Shown: positions 9,256-17,144, counted from the first letter of the stretch. The stretch is DNA of 18,879 nt from a candidate division WOR-3 bacterium (GCA_965648935.1 CBFGIY010000048.1:1-18879), one strand, 5' to 3'. Translations and numbers: made by a program. Notes: generated by a model from the sequence alone, not told the origin.

Positions 9256-10384
9256 TGGACCGCTCCGCCAGGTTCTCGAGGAAAGCCTCGACTCGGGTGC
9301 GCGCCTGCTCGCGGTTCTCGATCGAATAAGTGCTGTCGATGTGCAGCACGGGCAGGCCCAGTTCATCGACCAGTCGGGTGTGCTCCAGTGCCCACGGGTC
9401 GCAGTAGAGCAAGGTCTTGTAGATCACACCCTGTGCGCTGAAGCCGCGTGCCCGCTGCCGGGCGTACTCGAAGAAAGCGTCGTTCGGTCGGCGATGCGCG
9501 CACGGCACGCGTGAGTAGTAGTACCGGGCCAGCGCGGCCAGCCCGTCGCCAGCCGCCGGCGATCCGAGGTCTTCGGCAAACCACCGCGTGCCGGTGCAGA
9601 GGAAATCGGTAACGATGTCCGCCCTCTCTTCGACCAGCTCCAGAAGCCAGCGGTCGTCCTCGGTCACGATGCTGCCGCCGAGCGCGAGCCGCGGCCTGCC
9701 CGCTTGCCGCGGCCCGGGCTGCGGCTGGGCGGTCGCGGCCTCGGCCAGCTCGGCTGCGGCTTCGGGTCCGAGCAGGTTGCCCAGCGCGACCAGGTCCAGC
9801 ATCGTGCTGCCCGCGATGCCGGGCGGCATCGCGCGGCGCGTCTCGTCAGCCGAACGCAGCGCGGCCCGCAGACGGTCGTACTGAGCTGCGGCCGCGGCCA
9901 GCCCGGCCGCGGTGACCTCATGACCAGTCAGCTTTCCCAGCTCGCCGGCCAGCCATTGCAGCTGCCTCTCAAACTCGGCCAGGCGGTGCGGCAACGGCTC
10001 GGCAGTGCGCGGCAGGTACAGGCTGAACGCGGGGATGCCGAAGTTGCGCTGCACGAGCTCGGGCATCCTTCGCATCATGTCGCAGGTGCTCACGCCGATC
10101 ACAGCGTCGCACAGCCGGTGCAGCGGATCGGACTCGAAATTCCCCAGACAGCTCTTGCAGAACGAGCAGGCGTCGCTGCGCACGTACTTCTCCCCGGCCT
10201 GCTCGGCCGCGAACCCGCCGTGCTGCAGCCGGACAGGAATTGCGCCCACGGCCGCGACCAGCTCGACCGGCACATAAAGGCACAGACAGCCGACCACCTT
10301 GCGCCCGGCCGCGCGGGCGGCGGCCAGGTCTTCGATCAGCACCTCGCGCATCGCACCGAACAGCCCGCGTCCGACTACCGCCAC
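9245..10384 (-). CDS. 2-hydroxyacyl-CoA dehydratase-family protein, double-cubane cluster protein-like
   Basis: KVVGCLCLYVPVEL, ACSFCKS, STCDMMRR, FLCTG, VPCAHR, LYCDPW, LGLPVLHID, QARTRVEAFLE. Confidence 0.87.
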   Translation of the reverse strand: MAVVGRGLFGAMREVLIEDLAAARAAGRKVVGCLCLYVPVELVAAVGAIPVRLQHGGFAAEQAGEKYVRSDACSFCKSCLGNFESDPLHRLCDAVIGVSTCDMMRRMPELVQRNFGIPAFSLYLPRTAEPLPHRLAEFERQLQWLAGELGKLTGHEVTAAGLAAAAAQYDRLRAALRSADETRRAMPPGIAGSTMLDLVALGNLLGPEAAAELAEAATAQPQPGPRQAGRPRLALGGSIVTEDDRWLLELVEERADIVTDFLCTGTRWFAEDLGSPAAGDGLAALARYYYSRVPCAHRRPNDAFFEYARQRARGFSAQGVIYKTLLYCDPWALEHTRLVDELGLPVLHIDSTYSIENREQARTRVEAFLENLAERSSDE

Positions 10385-11757
10385 TCTGTCAGCTCCATCC
10401 GCCCGACAAACTGCTCTTCAAAACCCGCGTGCTCGCTCAAGCGCACCTCGCGGCACCGCCCGCCCAGTGCCGCGGCCTCGCGCCGGGCGCATTCGTCCAG
10501 CAGCTTCACCGCGCCGGCCAGCGCGAGATTGCCGTGCTGGCGCACCCGGCTCACAAGCGCCGCGGGCACCAACCCGATTGACCCGGCCGCTATGGGATCC
10601 AGCGCCGCGCCGAACCGGCCGGTCAGATGCACGCGCGCGACATCGTCGGGACGCGCCGGCCACTCGGCGAGCAGCACCGCGATACCGGCGGCAATCGCCG
10701 CTTTGGCAAGCTGGACTTCACGAATGTCGGCTTGCGAGAGATACACGCCATCGGCCAGAATCATCCGCCCGCCCGCGACCTTGCCGCTGGACTCTATCGT
10801 TCCCGCGCCGAGCCCGGCTGCGACAGCTGAAAGCACGCCCGAACCGCAGATACCGCTCGGCCGCGCGTTGCCCACCGTGGTCAATCGCCAGCCCTTGCCG
10901 GCCCGGCGCACCGCGGTGACTGCCCCGCGCCGGGCGAGCGAGCCGCACTCCAGCGTTGCGCCCTCGAACGCCGGCCCGGCCGCGGTCGAACAGACAAGGA
11001 TGCGATCGCGGTTACCCAGCGCTATCTCGCCATTGGTGCCCGCGTCGACCAGCAGGCTCAGGTCCGCCCGCCGGTGCATTCCGCTGGCGATGATGGCCGC
11101 AGAGCAGTCGCTGCCCACGAAGCTGCCCAGAAGCGGCGGCGACCAGAGCGCCATCCCCGGCCGGTGCGCGAAGCGGCCGGACAGCGGCACCCTGCGGGGC
11201 AGCGCCGGCCGGTACGGGTAACTGCCCAGCCGCGCCGGCGACCGGCCCAGCACGAAATGCATCATTGCGGTGTTCCCAACCGCAACCGCGGCCCGGGTCG
11301 GGCGGATTCCAGCCGCGGCGACGAACCGCCGGACCGGCACGCCGAGGTCCACTCGCCGCACGAGTCGGGCCGAGCCGATGCGGCTCATCACATCTGCGCC
11401 CAGAACCGCCTGTGGGTTGAGAAACGCGGCGCGCCGGACGACGCGGCCCGTACGCCTGTCGACTGCCGCAAGCGAAATCGTCGTCGTGCCGAAGTCCGCA
11501 GCCAGCGCAAGAAACGCCGCCGGCTTGCGCCGCTCGGCCGACCGCGGCGTGCTGTCGGGCAGAAACACCTCCAGCGGCGCAGCGGGCGAGTACCGGCAAG
11601 CCAGCACTTCCTCAAGCCTGCCGCCGACCTCAGCCCGCACGCGGCACCGGCCGCACCGGCCGTGGCCGCCGCAGTCGGCCGCGATGCTCTCGCCGTTCAC
11701 CGCCAGCAACTGCAACAGGTTGAGCCCGCCGCGCGGGCGGATGGTGACTCGCCTCAC
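10375..11757 (-). CDS. ASKHA-domain reductive activator of corrinoid proteins (RACo/DUF4445) with N-terminal 2Fe-2S domain
   Basis: CGGHGRCGRC...LAC, ADFGTTT, NPQ..LGADVMSRI, VGNTAMMH, FVGSD, DAGTNGEI, AAGPAFEG, GICGSG, QADIREVQLAKAAI. GTGA overlap start. Confidence 0.92.
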   Translation of the reverse strand: MRRVTIRPRGGLNLLQLLAVNGESIAADCGGHGRCGRCRVRAEVGGRLEEVLACRYSPAAPLEVFLPDSTPRSAERRKPAAFLALAADFGTTTISLAAVDRRTGRVVRRAAFLNPQAVLGADVMSRIGSARLVRRVDLGVPVRRFVAAAGIRPTRAAVAVGNTAMMHFVLGRSPARLGSYPYRPALPRRVPLSGRFAHRPGMALWSPPLLGSFVGSDCSAAIIASGMHRRADLSLLVDAGTNGEIALGNRDRILVCSTAAGPAFEGATLECGSLARRGAVTAVRRAGKGWRLTTVGNARPSGICGSGVLSAVAAGLGAGTIESSGKVAGGRMILADGVYLSQADIREVQLAKAAIAAGIAVLLAEWPARPDDVARVHLTGRFGAALDPIAAGSIGLVPAALVSRVRQHGNLALAGAVKLLDECARREAAALGGRCREVRLSEHAGFEEQFVGRMELTEWR

Positions 11758-12767
11758 GCGGCTTCCCTGCCTGCGTTCACCAGCGCAGCGACATTCTCGG
11801 GCGGCGTCTCGGCCGGCACATCGCAGCTTGTCGACAGAATCAGTCTCGGTCCGGCCGCAGCCAGGCACTCGCGCGCCGCGGCCGCGACTTCCTCGGGCCT
11901 GCCTTCCAACATCAAACGCGTTGAAACATTGCCCATCAGCGCAACATCCGGCCCGGCCCCGGCCCGCGCGATGCGCAGGTCGCCGTCGTCAACGCTCAGG
12001 GCGGCCGCGCCGCTGCGCGCCATGTCGCCGATGATGTGGCGCGTGTCGCCGCAGATGTGCAACAACGCCGGCGCGCCGAGCTCGCGGACCGAGTCCACCA
12101 GACGCCGCAGCCCGGGCAGCGCGAAATCGCGGAACATCGACGCGCTTATCATCGAGCCCGACGCCACCGGGTCGCCGATGAACGGGATGGCCCCGGCCCG
12201 GACAACCGCCTCGGCATAGCTCAACTGGTTGCCCAGCGCAGCGTCGAGGTAGTCGCGCGCCCGGCCTGGGTCCTCAAGAAGGTCTTCAAAGAAACTCCCG
12301 ATGCCGCGCAGGAACGCGGCCAGCGAAAACGGCCCCTTGATGCCGACCAGCACCGGCACTTCGCCCTCAAGCAGTTTCGCCAGGCGCCGGGTCGCCTCGA
12401 GCACCACCGGCATCCGGCCGTCTTTCTCGGGCTCGGCCGGTTCGAGGCGGGACACCCGAGCCGGGCCGATGACGAAAGGGTTGTCCTCCTCCGGGATGAC
12501 AACCTGCGCGCCCATTGCCTCGGCCTCGACCGTCGTGTCTGCGAACACCAGCACGAGGTCGTAGCCGTAGCGCCGGTACGCCGAATACAGCACGCGCGCC
12601 AGCGTGTCGCCCTGCGTCACCGCCTCGGACACCGAGTAGCCCTCCAGCCGCGCCGCGTGGTCCGCCACCACCATCGGGAACACGACCGGCCGCTCGGGCA
12701 CGCCGCCGCGCACGAGCTCGGTCAGCCGCTTGACCCGCTGTCCCGGCCCGCGCTGCTCCGTCATCAC
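11754..12767 (-). CDS. Uroporphyrinogen decarboxylase-family (MtaA/CmuA-like) corrinoid methyltransferase
   Basis: VEAEAMGA, DGRMPVVLEA, GPFSLAAFLRG, DPVASGSMIS, LHICG, MGNV, STSCDVP. Start is GTG 12767 or ATG 12764. Confidence 0.9.
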   Translation of the reverse strand: MMTEQRGPGQRVKRLTELVRGGVPERPVVFPMVVADHAARLEGYSVSEAVTQGDTLARVLYSAYRRYGYDLVLVFADTTVEAEAMGAQVVIPEEDNPFVIGPARVSRLEPAEPEKDGRMPVVLEATRRLAKLLEGEVPVLVGIKGPFSLAAFLRGIGSFFEDLLEDPGRARDYLDAALGNQLSYAEAVVRAGAIPFIGDPVASGSMISASMFRDFALPGLRRLVDSVRELGAPALLHICGDTRHIIGDMARSGAAALSVDDGDLRIARAGAGPDVALMGNVSTRLMLEGRPEEVAAAARECLAAAGPRLILSTSCDVPAETPPENVAALVNAGREAA

Positions 12768-12782
12768 CTGAGAACTCGACCG

Positions 12783-13424
12783 CTAGCCTTCTCGACCACT
12801 CAGCCTCTCAGCTTCGAGCACCGCGCCGTGCGCGTCAGCGGCCCAGCCGTCCGCGCCGATGCGCCGGGCGAATTCCGCCGTTACCGGCGCGCCGCCGACC
12901 ATCACCTTCACGCCCGGCCGCAGGCCGCGTCTGTCCAGCGCTTCGATGACCTTGGCCATCCTCGGCATCGTCGTGGTCATCAGCGAAGAGATGCCCAGAA
13001 GCGCCGGCCCGTCCGCGGCCGCGCGCACAAAGTCCTCTGTCGCGACGTTGCGCCCGAGGTCGACCACCGCGAACCCCGCGGCCTGAATCATCACTTTCAC
13101 GATGTTCTTGCCGATGTCGTGGATGTCGCCCTGCACCACGCCGAGGATGACGCGGCCCCGGCCAGCCGCATCGGCGGTGCCCAACGCGTCCTTGAGAATG
13201 TCGAACCCGGCGTACATCGCTTTCGAGGCCAGCAGCACTTCGGGCACGAAGCACTCCTTCGCGGCGAACTTCTCGCCCATCCGGCGCATTCCCGCGGCCA
13301 GGCCTTGGGTGATGGCCGCCTGCGGCTCCAGCCCCTCAGCCAGCACCTTGCGCGCCAGCTCGGCCACGAGCTCCGGCTTCATCGCCACGACCGCATCGGC
13401 CAGGCTGCTGCAAAGCTCTTTCAT
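12783..13424 (-). CDS. Corrinoid (B12-binding) protein of a methyltransferase system (MtaC/MtbC-like)
   Basis: Cap domain GLAAGMRRMGEKF...FVPEVL; GDIHDIGKNIV (DxHxxG), SSLMTTTM, VMVGGAPVT, IGADG. Confidence 0.95.
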   Translation of the reverse strand: MKELCSSLADAVVAMKPELVAELARKVLAEGLEPQAAITQGLAAGMRRMGEKFAAKECFVPEVLLASKAMYAGFDILKDALGTADAAGRGRVILGVVQGDIHDIGKNIVKVMIQAAGFAVVDLGRNVATEDFVRAAADGPALLGISSLMTTTMPRMAKVIEALDRRGLRPGVKVMVGGAPVTAEFARRIGADGWAADAHGAVLEAERLSGREG

Positions 13425-13431
13425 CAATCCA

Positions 13432-13460
13432 ATGCTAGTGAGATAACTGCGGTCGTGCAA
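13432..13460 (-). promoter_or_regulatory. Putative sigma70-type promoter giving a leaderless corrinoid-gene transcript
   Basis: TTGCAC (13460-13455), 17 nt, TAGCAT (13437-13432), then 7 nt to ATG 13424. No clear Shine-Dalgarno. Confidence 0.45.
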
Positions 13461-13487
13461 CCGCAGCCGACCGGGCTCGGCAGAGTG

Positions 13488-14135
13488 CTACAGGATCAGG
13501 ACCTTGTCTGCCTCCCGGCCCCGCCGCATGAAGTAGACGCCCGGGGCGAAGCGCCGCACGTCGTTCGCGCCCGGCGCGAGATCAAGCAGCTTGCGCCCGG
13601 TGCTGTTCAGCAGCACCGCGCTGCCCACATCCCGCACCATGAGACAGCCGTTCACGACTGAGATGAGAGCGGCTCGCGACTGCGGCTGACAATTTTCGGA
13701 CTCGGCCATGCCCGAACCTGCCCGCGTCAGCACGGAGATGGAATCGACGAGCGTCGTGTCGCCGAGTGATGTCACTCTGATACTGACCAGCTCGTCGCCG
13801 TTGGCGGTCCCGGCGTAGACAGCGACGTCGATGGTCGAATCAGACTCGCCGGCGGCGCACGTGTCGAACAGCGGCGTTCCCGGTTCCACGCAGCGGCCGC
13901 GTGCGCATGTGACCACGACCCAGCCCGGCACGCTGTCGACAATCCGGCAGTCCAGCCGGTAGACATCCGGCACGGTACCAGTGTTGGTGAGCGTGAAATG
14001 GTACTCGGCCGAGCCGCCCGGCGCTATCTGCCGCACGGTATCGTCGCGGCAGACAAACTCGAAGTCGAAGCCGGCCCGGGCAATTCCGACCGCGAGCAGA
14101 ACCAGAGCAAGCAGGACACTGAACTTGTCTCTCAT
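13488..14135 (-). CDS. Secreted hypothetical protein, Ig-like domain plus short C-terminal sorting-like tail
   Basis: GGAGG RBS and signal peptide; YHFTLTNTGTVPDVY; CARGRC; tail LLNSTGRKLLDLAPGANDVRRFAPGVYF...KVLIL. Confidence 0.82.
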   Translation of the reverse strand: MRDKFSVLLALVLLAVGIARAGFDFEFVCRDDTVRQIAPGGSAEYHFTLTNTGTVPDVYRLDCRIVDSVPGWVVVTCARGRCVEPGTPLFDTCAAGESDSTIDVAVYAGTANGDELVSIRVTSLGDTTLVDSISVLTRAGSGMAESENCQPQSRAALISVVNGCLMVRDVGSAVLLNSTGRKLLDLAPGANDVRRFAPGVYFMRRGREADKVLIL

Positions 14136-14923
14136 CTACGACCTCCGTTGTTCTCGACGAGTCTCCTCAGGCCGCACGCCTGCAGCACGCGATTCGAGCC
14201 GGGTTGTTGAACGAACGCCACCGCCCCGAGCCGATCCGGGTTCCAGCCCGGCGCAAGGCCGAAGCTCTCGCTGAACTCCACCGTGTCCTGCCGCGACAGC
14301 AGGAACGGTCGCCCCTCGGGGCCGGGCAGCATCTGCCGCATCACCCGATTGAAGACGCTGTCAGTCGCTCCCGACAGGGTTGCCCGCACGCTGTCCTCGA
14401 CCAGCACCAGGAACATCCGGAGGGTATCGGTTGGCGTCGAATCAACGCCGCTGACCTGCACCGTGACCGTGCCGCCCAGCGAGTCGACCACTGCCTCGAT
14501 ACTGAGCTGGACCTTCGGCGTGACGCTCCTGGCGGCAAGGATGTAGTTGCGAAAGGTCTGGTAGTTGTACTCGGGTCCGGGCGTGCGCACCGGCGTCCCG
14601 CCGTCGAAGACGGTTGCCGGTTCCCCGCCGACCTCATAGTACAACCCCCGGCGCTGCTCGACGTATTCCGGCGACAGCGTATCGCCCGCCACACGCCGGT
14701 GATGGGCAATCACCAGCACGCTGTCGCCAAACTCCTGCGCGAGGCTGTCCAGCGCCCGAGCTGCGTAAGGGCAGTAGGAGCAACGCTGCCACGTGAACAG
14801 CTCGGCCAGCACCACGCGGTTCGTCAGCACCAGCGGCACTTCCGGCGCGAGCGAGCACCTGCCGGCGGCCAGGACCAGCCCGGCCGCCAGCAGGACGCCC
14901 GCAATCGGTCTATCTGACCACAA
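14132..14923 (-). CDS. Omp28-related exported (possibly lipo)protein with thioredoxin-like CxxC
   Basis: Hydrophobic N-terminus followed by Cys; RVVLAELFTWQRCSYCP, PATVFDG, LVLVED, VMRQML, WNPDRLGAVAFVQ. Start is uncertain; TTG 14923 chosen. Confidence 0.8.
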   Translation of the reverse strand: MWSDRPIAGVLLAAGLVLAAGRCSLAPEVPLVLTNRVVLAELFTWQRCSYCPYAARALDSLAQEFGDSVLVIAHHRRVAGDTLSPEYVEQRRGLYYEVGGEPATVFDGGTPVRTPGPEYNYQTFRNYILAARSVTPKVQLSIEAVVDSLGGTVTVQVSGVDSTPTDTLRMFLVLVEDSVRATLSGATDSVFNRVMRQMLPGPEGRPFLLSRQDTVEFSESFGLAPGWNPDRLGAVAFVQQPGSNRVLQACGLRRLVENNGGRR

Positions 14924-16688
14924 AAACCTTATCCGCCACGACACCGCGATCCGACTCCAGCCGCATGACGTATGCACCGGCGGCAACCTGTCCACCACTA
15001 TTCGAATCCAGCCGCCACTCGACGGTACCGGCCCCGACAAGGCTGCTGGCCACGGTCCGCACCATCCGTCCGGCGGCATCGTACGCGGTCAGCCTGCCGC
15101 GCGCGCCGGGCGGCAGTGAGTAACTCAAAGCGACGGGCCCGGCTGTCACCGAGTGCGCCGCGCCCACGCCGAGCCGCAAGTCTGCCGGCGGCTCGGCCAC
15201 GGCCGAAGCGTGGGGGCTGACAACGATGTCGTCCACCGACCAGCCATCGTCGGTAACGCTGCCGTCGGACAGGAAACGAAACCGCACCTGCATCGTTGCT
15301 CCGGCAAACTCGGTCAGGCTGAAGCTCTGCCTTGCCCAGTTGCGCGCCGCCCCGGTCCACGTTCCAAGCGTGTGCCAGAACGGCCCGCCCGGGCTGACGT
15401 CCACCATGCAGTAGTCCCAGCCCTGCTCGACCGCGTACCATTGCCAGAACTCGAGCGTGGCACCGTCGCCGACCAGAAAACGTGGACTGGTCAGGCGCAT
15501 GTCGGTCTGGTTGGGGTACTGACCGCTGCTGGTCGTTGTCCATGACCTTGTCGGCGAATGCGAACGGACCGTGCTGAGCGCCCACTGGCAGTTGATACCG
15601 GTGCGGACCCAGCCACCGACGCCGCTCTCGCAGTCGTCGCTGAACCCGGTGCCGGCCGTCACCAGCATCGGGATGGTGAAGCGGCCGCCGCTGCTGACAT
15701 CCAGCGTCAGCGTCACGACCCGGTCCGACGGGCAGTTCGTAGCGATGGTCAAAGCGAACGGGGTGTTGGGCCCAAGGGTTCCGGCAACCCCGATGTCGGG
15801 ATAGGCCGCACCGGGTGTTGTAACAGTGACATAGGGATCGGTCGTGGACAGCGAGCCGGTCACGCCCGTCGCTGTCGCCGAACCGAGGTTGCGCAGCATC
15901 GGTCGCAACTGCACACTGCCACCCGGCCGCGCCGGCGACCCGACAAAACCGTAGTACTCAAGCGTCGGCCGCTGCACCACGTCGCACCAGGCTCCCTGAT
16001 GTATCGCCCGCGAGGAGTTGTTCTGGACGAACACTATGAACCGGCAGTTCCGTGCCACCCAGGACGGGCTGATTGTGAAGTTGCGGGTCCGCACTACTGA
16101 ATCACCCACCGGCACAGAAATCGCCTCGCCGGACGCCGACGGCAGCATCGTGCGTTCGACATCATGCAGGCTGTCCATTCCCTGCCAGTAATGCGCGATG
16201 TGGCTCTCGGTGAGCGCAGTGTGCAGTTGCCCGTTGATCGGGGCAGAGCCGGTGTTGCGCACGACAATGGTCAACACACCGCTTCGGGCAACTGAGTCAT
16301 AGGTTGTCGAGAGGTCAATATCCAGCGGACTCGGATTGGCGGCGTGGCTGCGCCAGTAGTCCCAGTAAATCGGAAACATCGTGCCGCTGTGAATACCCCC
16401 CACCACGGTCGAATCGCCATCGAGTATTACGGTCGGGTAACCGGACACCCCGTAATAACTCATGCGCGCGGCAGCGGTCGCGGTGTAGAACGGGTCGCTG
16501 CTCGATGAATGGTAGGCGATGGCCACGACCGAATCGAACGCCCGGAACTGCAGTTCCTCGATGCCCCGCGCCGCACCCGGGCAATAAGTGCACCACGTCG
16601 CGGTGAAATCCTCTATCACGGTCACAAGCTGGCTCGCCGGCAACGCGACCGGCACGAGCATCAGCACGATCAGTACGGCTCTTCTCAT
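14910..16688 (-). CDS. Secreted Omp28-domain protein (CxxC) with Ig-like, jelly-roll and C-terminal FlgD/T9SS-like domains
   Basis: Signal peptide; IEDFTATWCTYCPGA, YYGVSGYPTVILDG, HDVERTMLP, IVFVQ; FSDDCESG...YAVEQGWDY...VRFRFLSDGSVTDDGWSVDDI; YDAAGRMVRTV...AGAYVMRL...KVFVVR. AAAGGAG RBS. Confidence 0.88.
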   Translation of the reverse strand: MRRAVLIVLMLVPVALPASQLVTVIEDFTATWCTYCPGAARGIEELQFRAFDSVVAIAYHSSSSDPFYTATAAARMSYYGVSGYPTVILDGDSTVVGGIHSGTMFPIYWDYWRSHAANPSPLDIDLSTTYDSVARSGVLTIVVRNTGSAPINGQLHTALTESHIAHYWQGMDSLHDVERTMLPSASGEAISVPVGDSVVRTRNFTISPSWVARNCRFIVFVQNNSSRAIHQGAWCDVVQRPTLEYYGFVGSPARPGGSVQLRPMLRNLGSATATGVTGSLSTTDPYVTVTTPGAAYPDIGVAGTLGPNTPFALTIATNCPSDRVVTLTLDVSSGGRFTIPMLVTAGTGFSDDCESGVGGWVRTGINCQWALSTVRSHSPTRSWTTTSSGQYPNQTDMRLTSPRFLVGDGATLEFWQWYAVEQGWDYCMVDVSPGGPFWHTLGTWTGAARNWARQSFSLTEFAGATMQVRFRFLSDGSVTDDGWSVDDIVVSPHASAVAEPPADLRLGVGAAHSVTAGPVALSYSLPPGARGRLTAYDAAGRMVRTVASSLVGAGTVEWRLDSNSGGQVAAGAYVMRLESDRGVVADKVFVVR

Positions 16689-16727
16689 CGTCCTTCTCCT
16701 TTTTCCAGACCATGCGCAAGGCCGTGC

Positions 16728-16755
16728 GGGCCTAGACCAGGCCCATGCACGACAG
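16728..16755 (-). promoter_or_regulatory. Bacterial SECIS element
   Basis: UGA, 11 nt (CUGUCGUGCAU), then the 17-nt hairpin GGGCCU-GGUCU-AGGCCC (16744-16728), extended by GUGC/GCAC. The spacing and GGUCU apex match the E. coli fdhF SECIS. Confidence 0.8.
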
Positions 16756-16869
16756 TCATATCTGCGAACTGAACTGGTATATGCGCTCCCAGTCGCGGAG
16801 CGCTATGCCCGCCACCACTGCTGCCAGACCGGCGGCAAGCAGCAGCCCAAAGGCGACGCGTCGCGCCAT
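16732..16869 (-). CDS. 45-aa membrane-anchored selenoprotein with UxxC motif (resembles CD1871A-family CxxC small proteins)
   Basis: AAAGGAGG RBS, then MARRVAFGLLLAAGLAAVVAGIALRDWERIYQFSSQI-U(TGA 16758-16756)-LSCMGLV-TAG. Matches the family's C-terminal ICxxCxG pattern with Sec as the first redox residue. SECIS present. Missing from the ORF track. Confidence 0.85.
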
Positions 16870-17102
16870 AGTTCGGCCTCCTTTCCTGGGGTCCGTTGTT
16901 TTGAAAGCTTGACATGAATGGACGAGTCCGGTCCGCAGGACAGACTGCCCCGCTCGTACCGTCAGTCACGAGTTCCACCTCCGACCCAGCGCCAGCAGGT
17001 GGCTCAATCTAACTCCCGATCCGGCCGAACCAATCCAGCGGCCGCCGTTGCCCGTCGCCGGGTCCCACTTCTGCGGTCGGTCACAACCAACGCTACTCCT
17101 CG

Positions 17103-17135
17103 GCAGGGGCGGCAGACTGACCCTGCCGCCCCTGC
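17103..17135. terminator. Strong hairpin after the FTR fragment (terminator or mRNA-stabilising stem)
   Basis: Perfect 13-bp stem GCAGGGGCGGCAG/CTGCCGCCCCTGC with a 7-nt loop, 9 nt after TAG 17145. No U-tract on the minus strand. Confidence 0.5.
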
Positions 17136-17144
17136 GGTCTCGTT

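Noticed and set aside
6740..12767. Calling the UroD-family genes hemE
   Set aside because: HICG/Cys Zn motifs and the corrinoid/RACo context indicate methyltransferases; no heme genes are nearby.
16909..16914. TTGACA on the plus strand
   Set aside because: No -10 box at a suitable spacing and no plus-strand gene to drive.
16685..16978. 97-aa ORF in the track
   Set aside because: It overlaps the selenoprotein in another frame; the selenoprotein frame has the stronger RBS, the TM helix, the motif and the SECIS.
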